DNA of 64,000 nucleotides from contig OZ242214.1 of NCBI GenBank assembly GCA_965206595.1, positions 3,328,001-3,392,000 on the forward strand, read 5' to 3'. The notes beneath the pieces were generated by a model. It was not told the DNA's origin, ran no database searches, and worked only from the letters and a program-made list of their open reading frames with translations. Below, in pieces: positions 38,308 through 49,641 of the stretch (its first letter is position 1; the number at the start of each line of letters is the position of its first letter). The translations under genes and the position numbers were made by a program. Source of the DNA: Candidatus Latescibacterota bacterium (lineage in GTDB: Bacteria > Latescibacterota > UBA2968 > UBA8231).

Positions 38308-39555
38308 ATGAACATTCTCGATGATCTTCATAACCGGGGGCTCGTCTACCAGGTCACCGACGGCCTCGAAGCGCGGCTGCGGCAGTCCGCGCCGCTGACC
38401 GTGTACGCCGGCTTCGATCCGACGGCCGACAGCCTCCAGATCGGCAACCTCGGCACCGCGCTGCTGCTGCGGCGCTTCCAGCAAGCCGGGCACGTGCCGA
38501 TCGCCCTGGTCGGGGGCGGCACCGGTCTGATTGGGGATCCGGGCGGCAGGTCGGAGGAGCGCGCCCTCAATCCCGCGGAAACCGTGGCGGCGTGGGCGGA
38601 GAAGATCAGGGCCCAGCTCGAGCCCTATCTCGACTTCACGGCGCGCGCCAATCCCGCGGTCGTCGTCAACAACTACGACTGGCTTGGAACGGTCGGGGCC
38701 ATCGACCTGATGCGGGACGTCGGCAAGCACTTCCCGGTCCCCTACATGCTCGCCAAGGACTCGGTCGCCTCCCGTCTCGAAGTGGGGATCTCCTACACCG
38801 AGTTCAGCTACATGGTGCTGCAGGCCTTCGACTTCCTCGAGCTGAACCAGCGCTACGGCTGCGAGGCGCAGCTGGGCGGCAGCGACCAGTGGGGGAACAT
38901 CACCGCCGGGGTCGACCTGATCCGGCGCTCCGCGGGGCGCCGCGCCTACGGCCTCACCTGTCCCCTGGTCACCAAGGCGGACGGCAGCAAGTTCGGAAAG
39001 ACCGAGGGCAACAGCGTGTGGCTCGACGGCTCCCTGACCTCGCCGTACGAGTTCTACCAGTTCTGGATCAACGCCGACGATGCCAGCGCCCTGAGCTACC
39101 TGAAGGTCTTCACCTTTCTCGGAGACGACGAGATCGAAGCACTCGCCGAGGCGACCGCGGAGAACCCGGGCAGGCGGGAGGCCCAGCGCGTACTCGCCAG
39201 AGAGGTGACGGCAATGGCGCACGGCGCCGCCGCTGCCGCCAAGGCCGGGAAGATCTCCACCGCCCTCTTCTACGGAGACCTCGGCGAGCTCGAGGAGGAC
39301 GAGATCGAGCTGGGGTTTCACGACGTCCCGACCTACCGGATGAGCGAGCCGGAGCTCGGGCTCGTCGATCTCCTGGTCGCGGCCGGGATCTCGCCGTCGA
39401 AACGGCAGGCGCGCCAGGACATCGGCAGCGGCGCCATCTACGTCAACGCCGAGCGCTGCACGGAGCTCGACCGCCTCATGCGCACCCGCGACGGCCTGCA
39501 CGGCAAGTACCTCGTCCTGCGCCGCGGCAAGAGCAAGTACTTCCTGATCAGATAA
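38308..39555 (+). CDS. tyrS: Tyrosine--tRNA ligase
   Basis: YAGFDPTADSLQIGN, GG.TG.IGDP, EFSY..LQA.DF, GGSDQWGNI, KFGKT, S4-like C-terminus RRGK. Confidence 0.97.
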   Translation: MNILDDLHNRGLVYQVTDGLEARLRQSAPLTVYAGFDPTADSLQIGNLGTALLLRRFQQAGHVPIALVGGGTGLIGDPGGRSEERALNPAETVAAWAEKIRAQLEPYLDFTARANPAVVVNNYDWLGTVGAIDLMRDVGKHFPVPYMLAKDSVASRLEVGISYTEFSYMVLQAFDFLELNQRYGCEAQLGGSDQWGNITAGVDLIRRSAGRRAYGLTCPLVTKADGSKFGKTEGNSVWLDGSLTSPYEFYQFWINADDASALSYLKVFTFLGDDEIEALAEATAENPGRREAQRVLAREVTAMAHGAAAAAKAGKISTALFYGDLGELEEDEIELGFHDVPTYRMSEPELGLVDLLVAAGISPSKRQARQDIGSGAIYVNAERCTELDRLMRTRDGLHGKYLVLRRGKSKYFLIR

Positions 39556-39575
39556 GGCAGGGGGGCCTCGGCCGC

Positions 39576-41393
39576 CTATTCCCACTCGACAGTGGCGGGC
39601 GGCTTGTGGGTGATGTCGTAGTAGACGGCCTCGATCCCGTCGAGGGCAAGCAGCCTCCCGGTTACCTCTGCCAGGAAGGCCTCCGGGAGGCGCTCGAAGC
39701 GGGCGGTCATGAAGTCGTCGGTGGTAACCGGGCGCAGCACGATGCTCTCGCCGCGCCCGTCCGAGGAGAGCGGCACCAGCACCGCCGGCATCTGCGTCAC
39801 CGCGGCCATCAGCCCGTGGCGTTCCAGGGCCTCCATGGCGATCGCGTCCGCCTCCCGCAGCAGGTCGAGCCGTTCCCGCGTCAGGTACCCCTCCTTGAGA
39901 CGCTGATCCAGTCTTCGCTCCGGTCCGAGCTGGAGGACGACGCGGTTCACCTGCGGCAGCCTGTTGGTCAGCTCCGTGCTCAGCCGCTCCAGGAGATCCC
40001 AGTCGAGGAGCCCCGGGGCTGCCCCTGGGCCGGAGATCCGCACCGGGTGGGCGTAGCTGCGGCCGTCACCCTGAACGCCGACGCTGCGCAGCGGCAGCAG
40101 GTCGGCGGTGAGGCCCGAGGCCACCGCTTCGGCCAAGACCTCGCCGGGCACCTGCGCGCCCCCAGCGCCGTTCGCTTCCCCATCGCTGCACAGTACCCGC
40201 ACCGCCAGGCCGGGTCCGGGGAACGGGTGGCGCCAGACCAGGTGGCGCGGCAGCCCGAGCTTCTCTCCCAGCTCCCGCACTTCGTCCTTGTACAGGTCGC
40301 CGAGGGGCTCGACGATCTTGCCTTCGGCGAGCAGCTGCTCGACGACGGGGACGCGGTTGTGGTGGGTCTTGATGGTCTCGGCGTGATCGGTCCCGCCCGA
40401 TTCGATGCGGTCGGTGTAGAGGGTCCCCTGCCCCAGCAGCCACTCCTCGGGATCGAGAGCGAGCTCTTCGAGGGCGCGGTCGCGGGTGCGGATGAACTCG
40501 TCGCCGATGCGCAGGCGCTTGACCTCCGGATCGCTGACCCCGGCGACCGCGGCGAGGAACTCCCGGCCGGCGTCGACGACCTTGAGGTTCTCGAACCCGG
40601 ATTCCCGCATCAGCACCGCGACCGTTGCCGTCTCGTTCTTGCGCATGAAGCCGTTGTCGATGTGCAGGCCGAGGACGCGGTCGCTGCCCAGGGCCCTGTT
40701 GAGGAGCAGGAAGCAGACGCTCGAATCGACGCCGCCGCTGACGAACAGGAACAGCTTGCGGCCGGCGCAGCGCTCCCGCAGGGAGGCCACCGACTCGCCG
40801 ATGAAGTTCTCCATCGTCCAGATGCGCTCGCACCCGCACAGGTCGAGGAAGTTGTCGAGAATCCGCATCCCCGACTCGGTGTGGGTGACCTCGGGATGGA
40901 ACTGCATGCCCCAGATGCGGCGTTCCCGGTCCCCCATCGCCGCCACCGGACAGTCCTCGGTCTCGCCGAGGCGCTCGAATCCCGGCGGCATTTCCGCGAC
41001 CGTGTCGCGGTGGCTCATCCAGATGCTTTCCACCGGCGCCAGGCCGCGCAGCACCCCGGTCGGCGAGAGCACGCGCAGCGACGCCGCGCCGAACTCCATG
41101 CGGTCGCCAGGTTCGACCCGCCCTCCGAGGTGGTGGCAGAGCAGCTGGTGGCCGTAGCAGAGTCCCAGCAGCGGCAGGCCGCAGGAGGCGATCTCCGGAT
41201 CGAACGGCGGCCGGTCCTCGGCGTAGACGCTCGCCGGCCCCCCGGACAGGACGATGCCGCGGGCGTGCCGCAGGCGGTCGGGGGGCGTGTCCGGCGGGAG
41301 GGTCTCGGCGTAGACGTTGAGGCGGCGGATGCGGTTGGCGATCAGGTGGGCGTACTGACCGCCGAAGTCGAGGACGGCGATGCCGGGGTTCAC
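39576..41393 (-). CDS. guaA: GMP synthase (glutamine-hydrolysing)
   Basis: LDFGGQY, GLCYGHQ, QFHPEV, SGGVDS, IKTHHN, RHPFPGPGL, KPPATVEWE. Confidence 0.97.
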   Translation of the reverse strand: MNPGIAVLDFGGQYAHLIANRIRRLNVYAETLPPDTPPDRLRHARGIVLSGGPASVYAEDRPPFDPEIASCGLPLLGLCYGHQLLCHHLGGRVEPGDRMEFGAASLRVLSPTGVLRGLAPVESIWMSHRDTVAEMPPGFERLGETEDCPVAAMGDRERRIWGMQFHPEVTHTESGMRILDNFLDLCGCERIWTMENFIGESVASLRERCAGRKLFLFVSGGVDSSVCFLLLNRALGSDRVLGLHIDNGFMRKNETATVAVLMRESGFENLKVVDAGREFLAAVAGVSDPEVKRLRIGDEFIRTRDRALEELALDPEEWLLGQGTLYTDRIESGGTDHAETIKTHHNRVPVVEQLLAEGKIVEPLGDLYKDEVRELGEKLGLPRHLVWRHPFPGPGLAVRVLCSDGEANGAGGAQVPGEVLAEAVASGLTADLLPLRSVGVQGDGRSYAHPVRISGPGAAPGLLDWDLLERLSTELTNRLPQVNRVVLQLGPERRLDQRLKEGYLTRERLDLLREADAIAMEALERHGLMAAVTQMPAVLVPLSSDGRGESIVLRPVTTDDFMTARFERLPEAFLAEVTGRLLALDGIEAVYYDITHKPPATVEWE

Positions 41394-41598
41394 GGCGTGC
41401 TCCCCCGGGGAGAGGGTGGCTGTCGAATGGCGGAGAGAGGCCGGAATATAGCTCCGGCGGACCGCAGTGCAACCGCTCGAGACCGCGGGGCGCGCCTGCT
41501 GTCGAGCCCGCGCGTGGAAACACCGGGCATGCCTTGCCCGGAATGGTTGCCGACAGGCGAACCCGTCCGAAAAAGGCCGGACGCGATCGCCGCCAGCC

Positions 41599-44340
41599 TC
41601 ACCGGACCAGGGTCATCTTCCGCCTCAGGACCAACGCCCCGACCCTGAACTCGCAGAAATACACCCCGGACCCCGCCCGGTACCCGGAGTCGTCGGTGCC
41701 GTCCCAGACCGCTTCGTAGATCCCCGGGGCGGCCGGGGCCCTGGCCAGGCGGCGCACGAGGCCGCCGCTCAGGGAGCGCACCTCCAGGGACATATCCGCC
41801 TGGTGCGACAGCGACGCGTGGATGATGCCGACGGCATAGCGGATCCGGGTCGAGGCGTTGAACGGGTTGGGGAAATTCTGCTGCAGCTCGAAGGCGACCG
41901 GCACGCGGGGATCGAAGTTCAGCCAGGGACGCCAGGCGACCGGACCGGAGATGCGCTCGGCGATCCAGGTTTCGTCGTCTCTTCCCCACCAGTTGTTGTC
42001 GGCCAGCAGCTCCAGCGTGGACTCGTTGTCGATCAGCCGGATCGCCCCCTCCACGGCGTTGAGCTCGAGACGTTCGGGCACGCGGAGACCGGAGACCTGG
42101 AAAACCAGTTCGCTATCGGCGAAGTAGTTGCCGACGATGCTGAGCCCGGCGCTCTCGGCGATCACGGCGACGCGGTTGCCCTCGAACTGGTTCTGCTCGA
42201 TCGACACCTCCACCGAGCCCCGGGCGAGCACCCCCGTGCCCCCGGTAAAGCGATTGCCCTTGACGATGCCTTGGGAGCGGCGGCCCAGGACGAGGTTGGC
42301 GGCATCCTCGGTCTCCTCCCCGTTGCCCTCGAATTCGCTGTCGAAGCAAACAAACCGGCCCCCGACCCGCACCAGGCCGCTGGCGGCGCTGCCCTCGATG
42401 CGACTGTCGGCCACACGCACTATCCCCGCCGGTCCCGTCACTACGACGCCGTTGGCGCCGGCGTTGCGAACCAGCAGGTCCTCGAAGACGATCAGGGCGT
42501 TTTCGGAGTTGATCCGCACCCCGTCTGCGGCCGTGTTGGAGATCGTCACGCTTTCGAGGTCGAGGGAGTTGTGGAGGCCCTCCGACATGATCGCCACCGC
42601 GGCGAAGTCGATGTCGCAATCCCGCAGGGTGAGGCTTCCCGAAGAATGGATGTGGAATCCGCCCCAGTCCCCCGGCGCCGGCCGGGGCCCGGCTGGCATC
42701 ATGCGGCTGCGACGGCCCCCGGAGAAAGCGGTGAAATCCCCCAGGAGGCGGATCGCGCAGCGGTCCGGATCACCCCCGCTGCGGCGCTGGTCCTCCGTCA
42801 CCAGCACCGTCGTCCCGTTCAGCATTCTCACCGTCGCCTCCGGTTCGACGTAGAGGTCGCCGACCAGCTCCATGGTGTCGGCCCACACGTCCTCTGTTGC
42901 GATGATTCCGGCGCGCCTGCGGTCGTTCAGATCCACGTCGGCGACCATCGCCTCCCCCTGGCGGCGGATGTTCGAGATGCTGATCCCCCTCGGTGCGGCT
43001 GGATTGGAGACGACGGAGTATTCGGTGAAAAGCGTGCCGTCGAAGACGTCGGTGGCGTCTCCGGAATTGCCTTGAAAACGGGTGTTGTACTCCTCGTCCC
43101 GGGACCAGAAATCGAGGTTGTCGCGGCCGAAGTCGTACCCCTTCTCCCTGCCTTCCGGATACCCGGCGTCGAGGTAGAGCCCGTCCGCGCAGACCAGGTC
43201 GACCTTTTTCAATGCTTCCTCGTTGTTGCCGAAAGCTTTCTCGTCTACTTCCCAGACAAGCAGGCCCTCGGCCGGCAGGTTGCGTTCGTAATAGCTGTTG
43301 GCGCGCCCTCGATGCTCGACGAGGAGGTAGCGGGACTCGTTCACCTGTATGAGGACGACCTCACCGCCGGCGTTCACGTCCGCGAAGACCAGGCCTTCGG
43401 CGTCGGAATCCAGGCGGCGCAGGCGGCTGTTGGCCACCCCGAGCCAGCCCAGCTTCGCCAGGCTCCAGGAGCACAGGGGGTTGGGCCCGCCCCCGCCCCA
43501 GCCGAGGGCCCCGTGGCCCATCAGGCCCCAGCTGCCGATTCCCGCCGACTGTCTGGAGGGAGGGATCTGCTCTTGCGCCTGGAGGACATCGGTATCGTAC
43601 AGATCCAGAAGCCCGAGGGTGTGGGCGAACTCGTGGCACATGTTGCCTGCGGCCGCGGCGAAGTTCGAGCCCTGCTGCGTCACCCCTTTATCTATGCGGA
43701 TGAACCCCCCGTTTGCGCCGCGGTCGTCGGTCCGGTAGGAACTGGTCGACAACCCCAGGGAGGCGATCCCGGTGGCGTTTCGGATGATGAACCCCGGCGG
43801 CGCCGAGCGGGTGATAACGAACAGGAAATCGACGATGCCGTCGTCGTCTCCGGAATCGGGCACCCCGTCGGGCCCGTCGTTGTCGAACTGGCTGTAGTCG
43901 ACCTCCCTGTCGGAGGCGGCGAGCAGCTCGGTGACGTACTCGCCAAAACGCCCCCGCTCTCCCTCGACCGGGCTGATGTAGTCCGAGGCCGGCCCGGCCG
44001 CGGAGTATTCCTTCGGCAGGACCGAGCCGGTGATCTCGTACTGGCCCCGCGACATCTCCGAGTAGAAATGGGTGACGCTTCCAGGGAGGCCGGGATCGAA
44101 GAGGTCCTCGGCGAAGCCGGGTGGGGCGTTGCCGGGGCGCTCCTGGTCCGCGAAGCGGCCGAACAGGGCGACGGCATGGACACGGCCGGTAACCGGAGTC
44201 GCATCCAGGATCTTCTGCGTGGGTTTGGCCGCGGCGTGGGCGCACTGGAATCCTGCCTCGACAGCCGGCGCCCCCGTCTGCCCCCCGAGCAGCAGGGCGG
44301 CGCAAAGGCCGCCTTCCGCGAGCGGGAAGCGGCGCGTCAT
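41599..44340 (-). CDS. Secreted M6 (immune inhibitor A-like) metalloprotease with beta-helix and FlgD-like/CTD domain
   Basis: FY.EMSRGQ, FDNDGPDG.PDSGDDDG.VD, CHEFAHTLGLLDLY, WGLMG.G, GLLVW.VDE, parallel beta-helix repeats, NWWG, QNFPNPFN...WDG.D..G...GSGVY. Confidence 0.88.
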   Translation of the reverse strand: MTRRFPLAEGGLCAALLLGGQTGAPAVEAGFQCAHAAAKPTQKILDATPVTGRVHAVALFGRFADQERPGNAPPGFAEDLFDPGLPGSVTHFYSEMSRGQYEITGSVLPKEYSAAGPASDYISPVEGERGRFGEYVTELLAASDREVDYSQFDNDGPDGVPDSGDDDGIVDFLFVITRSAPPGFIIRNATGIASLGLSTSSYRTDDRGANGGFIRIDKGVTQQGSNFAAAAGNMCHEFAHTLGLLDLYDTDVLQAQEQIPPSRQSAGIGSWGLMGHGALGWGGGGPNPLCSWSLAKLGWLGVANSRLRRLDSDAEGLVFADVNAGGEVVLIQVNESRYLLVEHRGRANSYYERNLPAEGLLVWEVDEKAFGNNEEALKKVDLVCADGLYLDAGYPEGREKGYDFGRDNLDFWSRDEEYNTRFQGNSGDATDVFDGTLFTEYSVVSNPAAPRGISISNIRRQGEAMVADVDLNDRRRAGIIATEDVWADTMELVGDLYVEPEATVRMLNGTTVLVTEDQRRSGGDPDRCAIRLLGDFTAFSGGRRSRMMPAGPRPAPGDWGGFHIHSSGSLTLRDCDIDFAAVAIMSEGLHNSLDLESVTISNTAADGVRINSENALIVFEDLLVRNAGANGVVVTGPAGIVRVADSRIEGSAASGLVRVGGRFVCFDSEFEGNGEETEDAANLVLGRRSQGIVKGNRFTGGTGVLARGSVEVSIEQNQFEGNRVAVIAESAGLSIVGNYFADSELVFQVSGLRVPERLELNAVEGAIRLIDNESTLELLADNNWWGRDDETWIAERISGPVAWRPWLNFDPRVPVAFELQQNFPNPFNASTRIRYAVGIIHASLSHQADMSLEVRSLSGGLVRRLARAPAAPGIYEAVWDGTDDSGYRAGSGVYFCEFRVGALVLRRKMTLVR

Positions 44341-44795
44341 CGTACTGCGGGATCGGCGTTGTGCCGTTTGCGCCCTGGTTTCATCCAAGTTTCCGGATAG
44401 GGCTGCTGACTGTAACTGCGCGCCATTCCGCGTGAGTCCTGGACGGTGTTGCCGGCGATGCGCATACACGGCGCGGAAAGCCGGGACAAGCCGCGATTGT
44501 GCAGCCCGTCGACGGCCTCCCGGAATCCGCGGGGTCACCGGTCCGCTTCGGAAATCGTACGGGCAGGTGCGCTCCGGCCGCCGGCCGAAGCGCTCGATGT
44601 TCCGGACCGACACCTCCCGCGGTTCGCGGGGTCAACGGGCTGGCTCCCGGACTCGTCCGGCCACGCCCGTCGTCTTTACGACGATTCGGGTAAGGTCCCG
44701 GTTTCTGGGGATCTGCCCCGCCGCGCCGGTCGCTGACTATCCGAAAGGAGCGGGAATGTAACGAGGCGCCCGGGCGGGCGCTTTTGCCGGCCTCG

Positions 44796-46502
44796 TCAGT
44801 TCCCTGCCAGGTCGAGCTGCAAGCTGGCGAGATGGCCGTCCTCGCGCCCGCGGCGGCGCTCGAAGCGGTAGCGGAGGGACGCGGCGACAGGCGCCTTTCC
44901 CAGCTCCAGGAGCCCGTACGCTCTCCAGCCCTCCCCGTTGAGGGCGCGGATGCTGACGGCGCCGGGAAGGTCGTACTCGAACTCGTAGATGCGAGCGTCC
45001 CACGAGTCGACGCGGAAGCGGCTGACGTGACCGGTACAGCGCAGCCCTCCGAGGCGCAGCCGGGCGGAGACGGAGGCGTTGGCGGCGCGGTCGGTCTGCG
45101 ATCCGGTCACCCGTCCGGTCTCGAGGCGGAGGCGGATCATCTGCAGGCGGCCCTCCCCCTTTCGCTGCAGGTCGAAGCGGACCTTGCGCGACTTTTTTTT
45201 CCTGGCGGTCCCCTCGATCCAGACCGGTGTCAGCCGCTGCCGGAGACTGAGTTTCGGATTCCAGGCCGCCAGCCGCGCGAGAGCCGGCCGAAGTCCCTGA
45301 GGGCCGCGGCTGCGCAGCGACTTCAGCGGCCGGGCGAGGTTCCACTCGGCGCCGAAGAGGGTGTGCTCGCTCGCCATCGGGTAGAAGTAGGTCCTCTCCG
45401 GGCGCCGGTAGCGGGCGCCGTAGAAGCTCAGACCTGTCCGCCGGTGCCCGACCACCACCAGGACCCCGCGCTCGTTCTTCATGCCGCCGGCCCCCGGGGC
45501 GCCGCCGAAGAAGGCGTGGTACCCCGGATCGTACGCCCGGAGCAGAACCCCGGCGGTCAGCCGCCTCCCTGACAGCCGTAAACCCCCGACCCACCCCAGG
45601 TGGCCGCGGTCCTGAACCGCGAGCTCCCCGAAACCCTGGAACCTGCGGGCGCGCCAGACCAGGTCGAAGCCCGCGGTCGACTGCCGGCGGCCGTTGAAGG
45701 CGTACTCGACGCGTCCCGGCCGCCGCATATCGACGAAGCGGGAGAACCGCACCTTGAGCAGGGTCGTTCCGATAGAGAGCCTGCCGCGCTCGCCGCGCAG
45801 CCGCAGCACCCCGACCTGGCCGCGGAGCCGGTCGGCATTGCGGCGTTCCGCGGGGCTCACGTGGTAGCCGCTCTCCGGCAGCGAGGTGACGCTCCCGCCG
45901 TCGTCCACACGGGCGTCGAAGCGGATGGCGCCGGCTGATGCCGCGGCCTCGATGCCGGGCCAGCGCCGGCGCAGCGACAGCCCCCGGAGGGAGTGGTTCT
46001 CCGCGGAGGAACGGTACCCCGTCGCCCGGCTGTCGCGCCGCGGCCTGGGCATGGCCGCCGCCCCCCCGCGCCCGCCGTGGCGGCTGAACACCAGCCCCTG
46101 GGCGAAACCCGGTCTCAGGTCTCCGGCGACCGCTTGGAAGCCGGCGAGGTTCGCGGACACGTAGGCGCTGGCGAAATCCCTCCAGGAGCGCTCCCCCGGA
46201 TCCTTCTCCGCCAGCGCGTACAAGGCGGGCCCGTCCGGGGCCTTCCATTCGAGCCGCTGGTACATCCTGGCCTGCCGGTACCCCGGCTCACGGTTTTGCA
46301 GACGCCAGCGCGCCGACCAGCCCAAAGCGGTGAGATCCGCCAGGCGGCTTGCCAGGGAGGCGTCCGCGGCGCCCTCCTCGAAGACGAGGGCGTCGGCATC
46401 CTCCTCTTCCAGGGACGCGTCCGCGGCAACTGCAACCGCGAGGAAAGCCGGAGCGAGAATTGCGGCGGCGGCGACCGCCGCGGTGCGCGTCCTCGTAAAC
46501 AT
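44796..46502 (-). CDS. Outer-membrane beta-barrel-like protein resembling the C-terminal part of FCB-group ComEA/HhH-fused barrels
   Basis: Signal peptide; EKDPGE...DF.S, GD....F.QGL, NERG, RIYEFEYDLPG......GEG.R.Y, terminal SLQLDL. Confidence 0.6.
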   Translation of the reverse strand: MFTRTRTAAVAAAAILAPAFLAVAVAADASLEEEDADALVFEEGAADASLASRLADLTALGWSARWRLQNREPGYRQARMYQRLEWKAPDGPALYALAEKDPGERSWRDFASAYVSANLAGFQAVAGDLRPGFAQGLVFSRHGGRGGAAAMPRPRRDSRATGYRSSAENHSLRGLSLRRRWPGIEAAASAGAIRFDARVDDGGSVTSLPESGYHVSPAERRNADRLRGQVGVLRLRGERGRLSIGTTLLKVRFSRFVDMRRPGRVEYAFNGRRQSTAGFDLVWRARRFQGFGELAVQDRGHLGWVGGLRLSGRRLTAGVLLRAYDPGYHAFFGGAPGAGGMKNERGVLVVVGHRRTGLSFYGARYRRPERTYFYPMASEHTLFGAEWNLARPLKSLRSRGPQGLRPALARLAAWNPKLSLRQRLTPVWIEGTARKKKSRKVRFDLQRKGEGRLQMIRLRLETGRVTGSQTDRAANASVSARLRLGGLRCTGHVSRFRVDSWDARIYEFEYDLPGAVSIRALNGEGWRAYGLLELGKAPVAASLRYRFERRRGREDGHLASLQLDLAGN

Positions 46503-46672
46503 GGCCCAGGGGCGGCAAATCCCGTACCCGCGCGCCCCTCTCCGGGGGCGACGCCCGAATGTGTGATTTCGCACACATCCCGTTTCCCCTGGAACACGTT
46601 TGACCGCGGCGCCGCGGCCGCGGCATCTTGGACATCCCCGCCCCGACCACCCTTGCCCGCGGAGCGCGCCCC

Positions 46673-47491
46673 GTGAAGTTCGGAACCTGCAACGAGTACT
46701 TTGAAGACTGGCCCCTCGAAGAGGTGTTCGACTACGCCGCGGCCATCGGCTACGACGGCGTCGAGATCGCCCCCTTCACCCTGGCCGGGTCGGTGGAGAA
46801 GATCCCCGCCTCCCACCGCACCGGGATCCGCCGCGCCGCAGAAGCCGCCGGCGTCGAGATCATCGGCCTGCACTGGCTGCTGATCAGTCCCGAGGGCCTC
46901 TACACCAACCACGTCGACGACGGGATCCGCAATCGCACCCGCGACTACTTCCAGTCCCTGATCCGGTTCTGCGGCGACTTGGGCGGAGGCGTGATGATCA
47001 TCGGCTCGCCGAAGCAGCGGAACGTGCAGGAAGGCTGGGACTTCGGCGAGACCTGGGACCGCACCCGTGCCGTCTTCGAGGACTGCCTGCCGCTCGCCGA
47101 ACGGCACTCCGTCTACCTCTGCATCGAGCCGCTCAGCGCCGACCAGACCAATTTCATCACCACCGCGGCCGAAGCCCGCCGCATGGTGGCCGAGATCGAT
47201 CACCCGAACTTCCGCACGATGATCGACTGCTGCAGCGGCTCCACCGAGGAGCGCAGCCTCGCCCAGCTGCTCGCCGACTCGGGGGAGCAGCTCTACCACG
47301 TCCACGTCAACGACGCCAACAAGCGCGGACCCGGCTTCGGCGACACCGATTTCACCCAGGTGATGAAGAAGCTGCGGGAGCTGGAGTACTGCCGCTACGT
47401 GTCGGTCGAGGTGTTCGACTTCGCCCCCGATCCGCGCACGATCGCCGCGGGAAGCCTGAAGTACTTGAAAGGGATCGCCGCGGCGCTCTGA
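46673..47491 (+). CDS. Sugar phosphate isomerase/epimerase (D-tagatose 3-epimerase-like TIM barrel)
   Basis: CNE.F..W, GYDGVEIAPFT, GLHWLL, GSPKQR, IEPL, HVHVND.N..GPGFG, SVEVF. Confidence 0.9.
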   Translation: MKFGTCNEYFEDWPLEEVFDYAAAIGYDGVEIAPFTLAGSVEKIPASHRTGIRRAAEAAGVEIIGLHWLLISPEGLYTNHVDDGIRNRTRDYFQSLIRFCGDLGGGVMIIGSPKQRNVQEGWDFGETWDRTRAVFEDCLPLAERHSVYLCIEPLSADQTNFITTAAEARRMVAEIDHPNFRTMIDCCSGSTEERSLAQLLADSGEQLYHVHVNDANKRGPGFGDTDFTQVMKKLRELEYCRYVSVEVFDFAPDPRTIAAGSLKYLKGIAAAL

Positions 47492-47659
47492 CCTGCGACC
47501 GAACGAGTTTTCTGGCCGTCCTGGTTGAGTCTGCCAGCACAGGCAACCCCGCCGAAGGAACGCTGTTCCGACAGGCGTAGAATTCCATGCACCCGGCTGC
47601 CGCTTCGCACCCGGTCGCCCTGCCGGACTACCTGCAGCCCAAAACGGTGTTTACGGTTA

Positions 47660-47687
47660 TTGACAGACAGAGGCGAATGCTTAGCCT
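47660..47687 (+). promoter_or_regulatory. Putative sigma70 promoter for the VOC-gatB genes
   Basis: TTGACA-16-TAGCCT. Confidence 0.45.
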
Positions 47688-47795
47688 TCGACCCCCGGAA
47701 CCGCCTGACAATCACTGCGTTGCGAGGGCTTTCCGCCTTCCGCCCGAGCCCGCAACTTTCCCAATTACAGCACCAAAATTGAGCCAGGAGCAGAC

Positions 47796-48167
47796 ATGCC
47801 GACCTATTCCCTGAATCACGTGCACCACGAGTCCACCGACGTCCATGCCGCCGCGGACTGGTACGTCCGGATGTTCGACGCCACCGCGGACGAGCCGTTC
47901 GAGCGCGGCGGAGCCACTTGGCTGCGGGTCCACATCGGCGAGGTCACGGTGACGATCACCGACCGCGAGTTCTCCGCCATGGATCTGGGCCGCTACCAGG
48001 GGCTCGATCACTTCGGCCTCGACAGCGACGACTTCGACGCCACCCTGGCACGGATCGAAACGGCCGGCGTCGACATCTGGGCCGGCCCCCTCGAGGCCGA
48101 GGGGATGCGCATCGTCTTCATCAACGGGCCCGACAACGTCAAGATCGAGCTGATGGAGAAGAAGTGA
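47796..48167 (+). CDS. VOC (glyoxalase-like) family protein
   Basis: LNHVH....D..AA..WY...F, GLDHFG...DD, F..GPD.V.IEL; AGGAG RBS. Confidence 0.88.
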   Translation: MPTYSLNHVHHESTDVHAAADWYVRMFDATADEPFERGGATWLRVHIGEVTVTITDREFSAMDLGRYQGLDHFGLDSDDFDATLARIETAGVDIWAGPLEAEGMRIVFINGPDNVKIELMEKK

Positions 48168-48195
48168 CCGCTCCTTCTGCAGAAGCGTCTGGTTC

Positions 48196-49635
<1,440 letters not shown>

Positions 49636-49641
49636 ACCCCG

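Noticed and set aside
38592-44400. Very long plus-strand ORFs (38592-41648, 41467-44400) and similar shadow ORFs elsewhere
   Set aside because: They are antisense or off-frame shadows of tyrS, guaA and the M6 gene in GC-rich DNA, with no recognisable motifs.
44341-44795. Structured RNA in the 450-bp gap upstream of the first M6 gene
   Set aside because: GC-rich pairing is possible but I recognise no riboswitch or ncRNA motif; an Rfam search would be needed.
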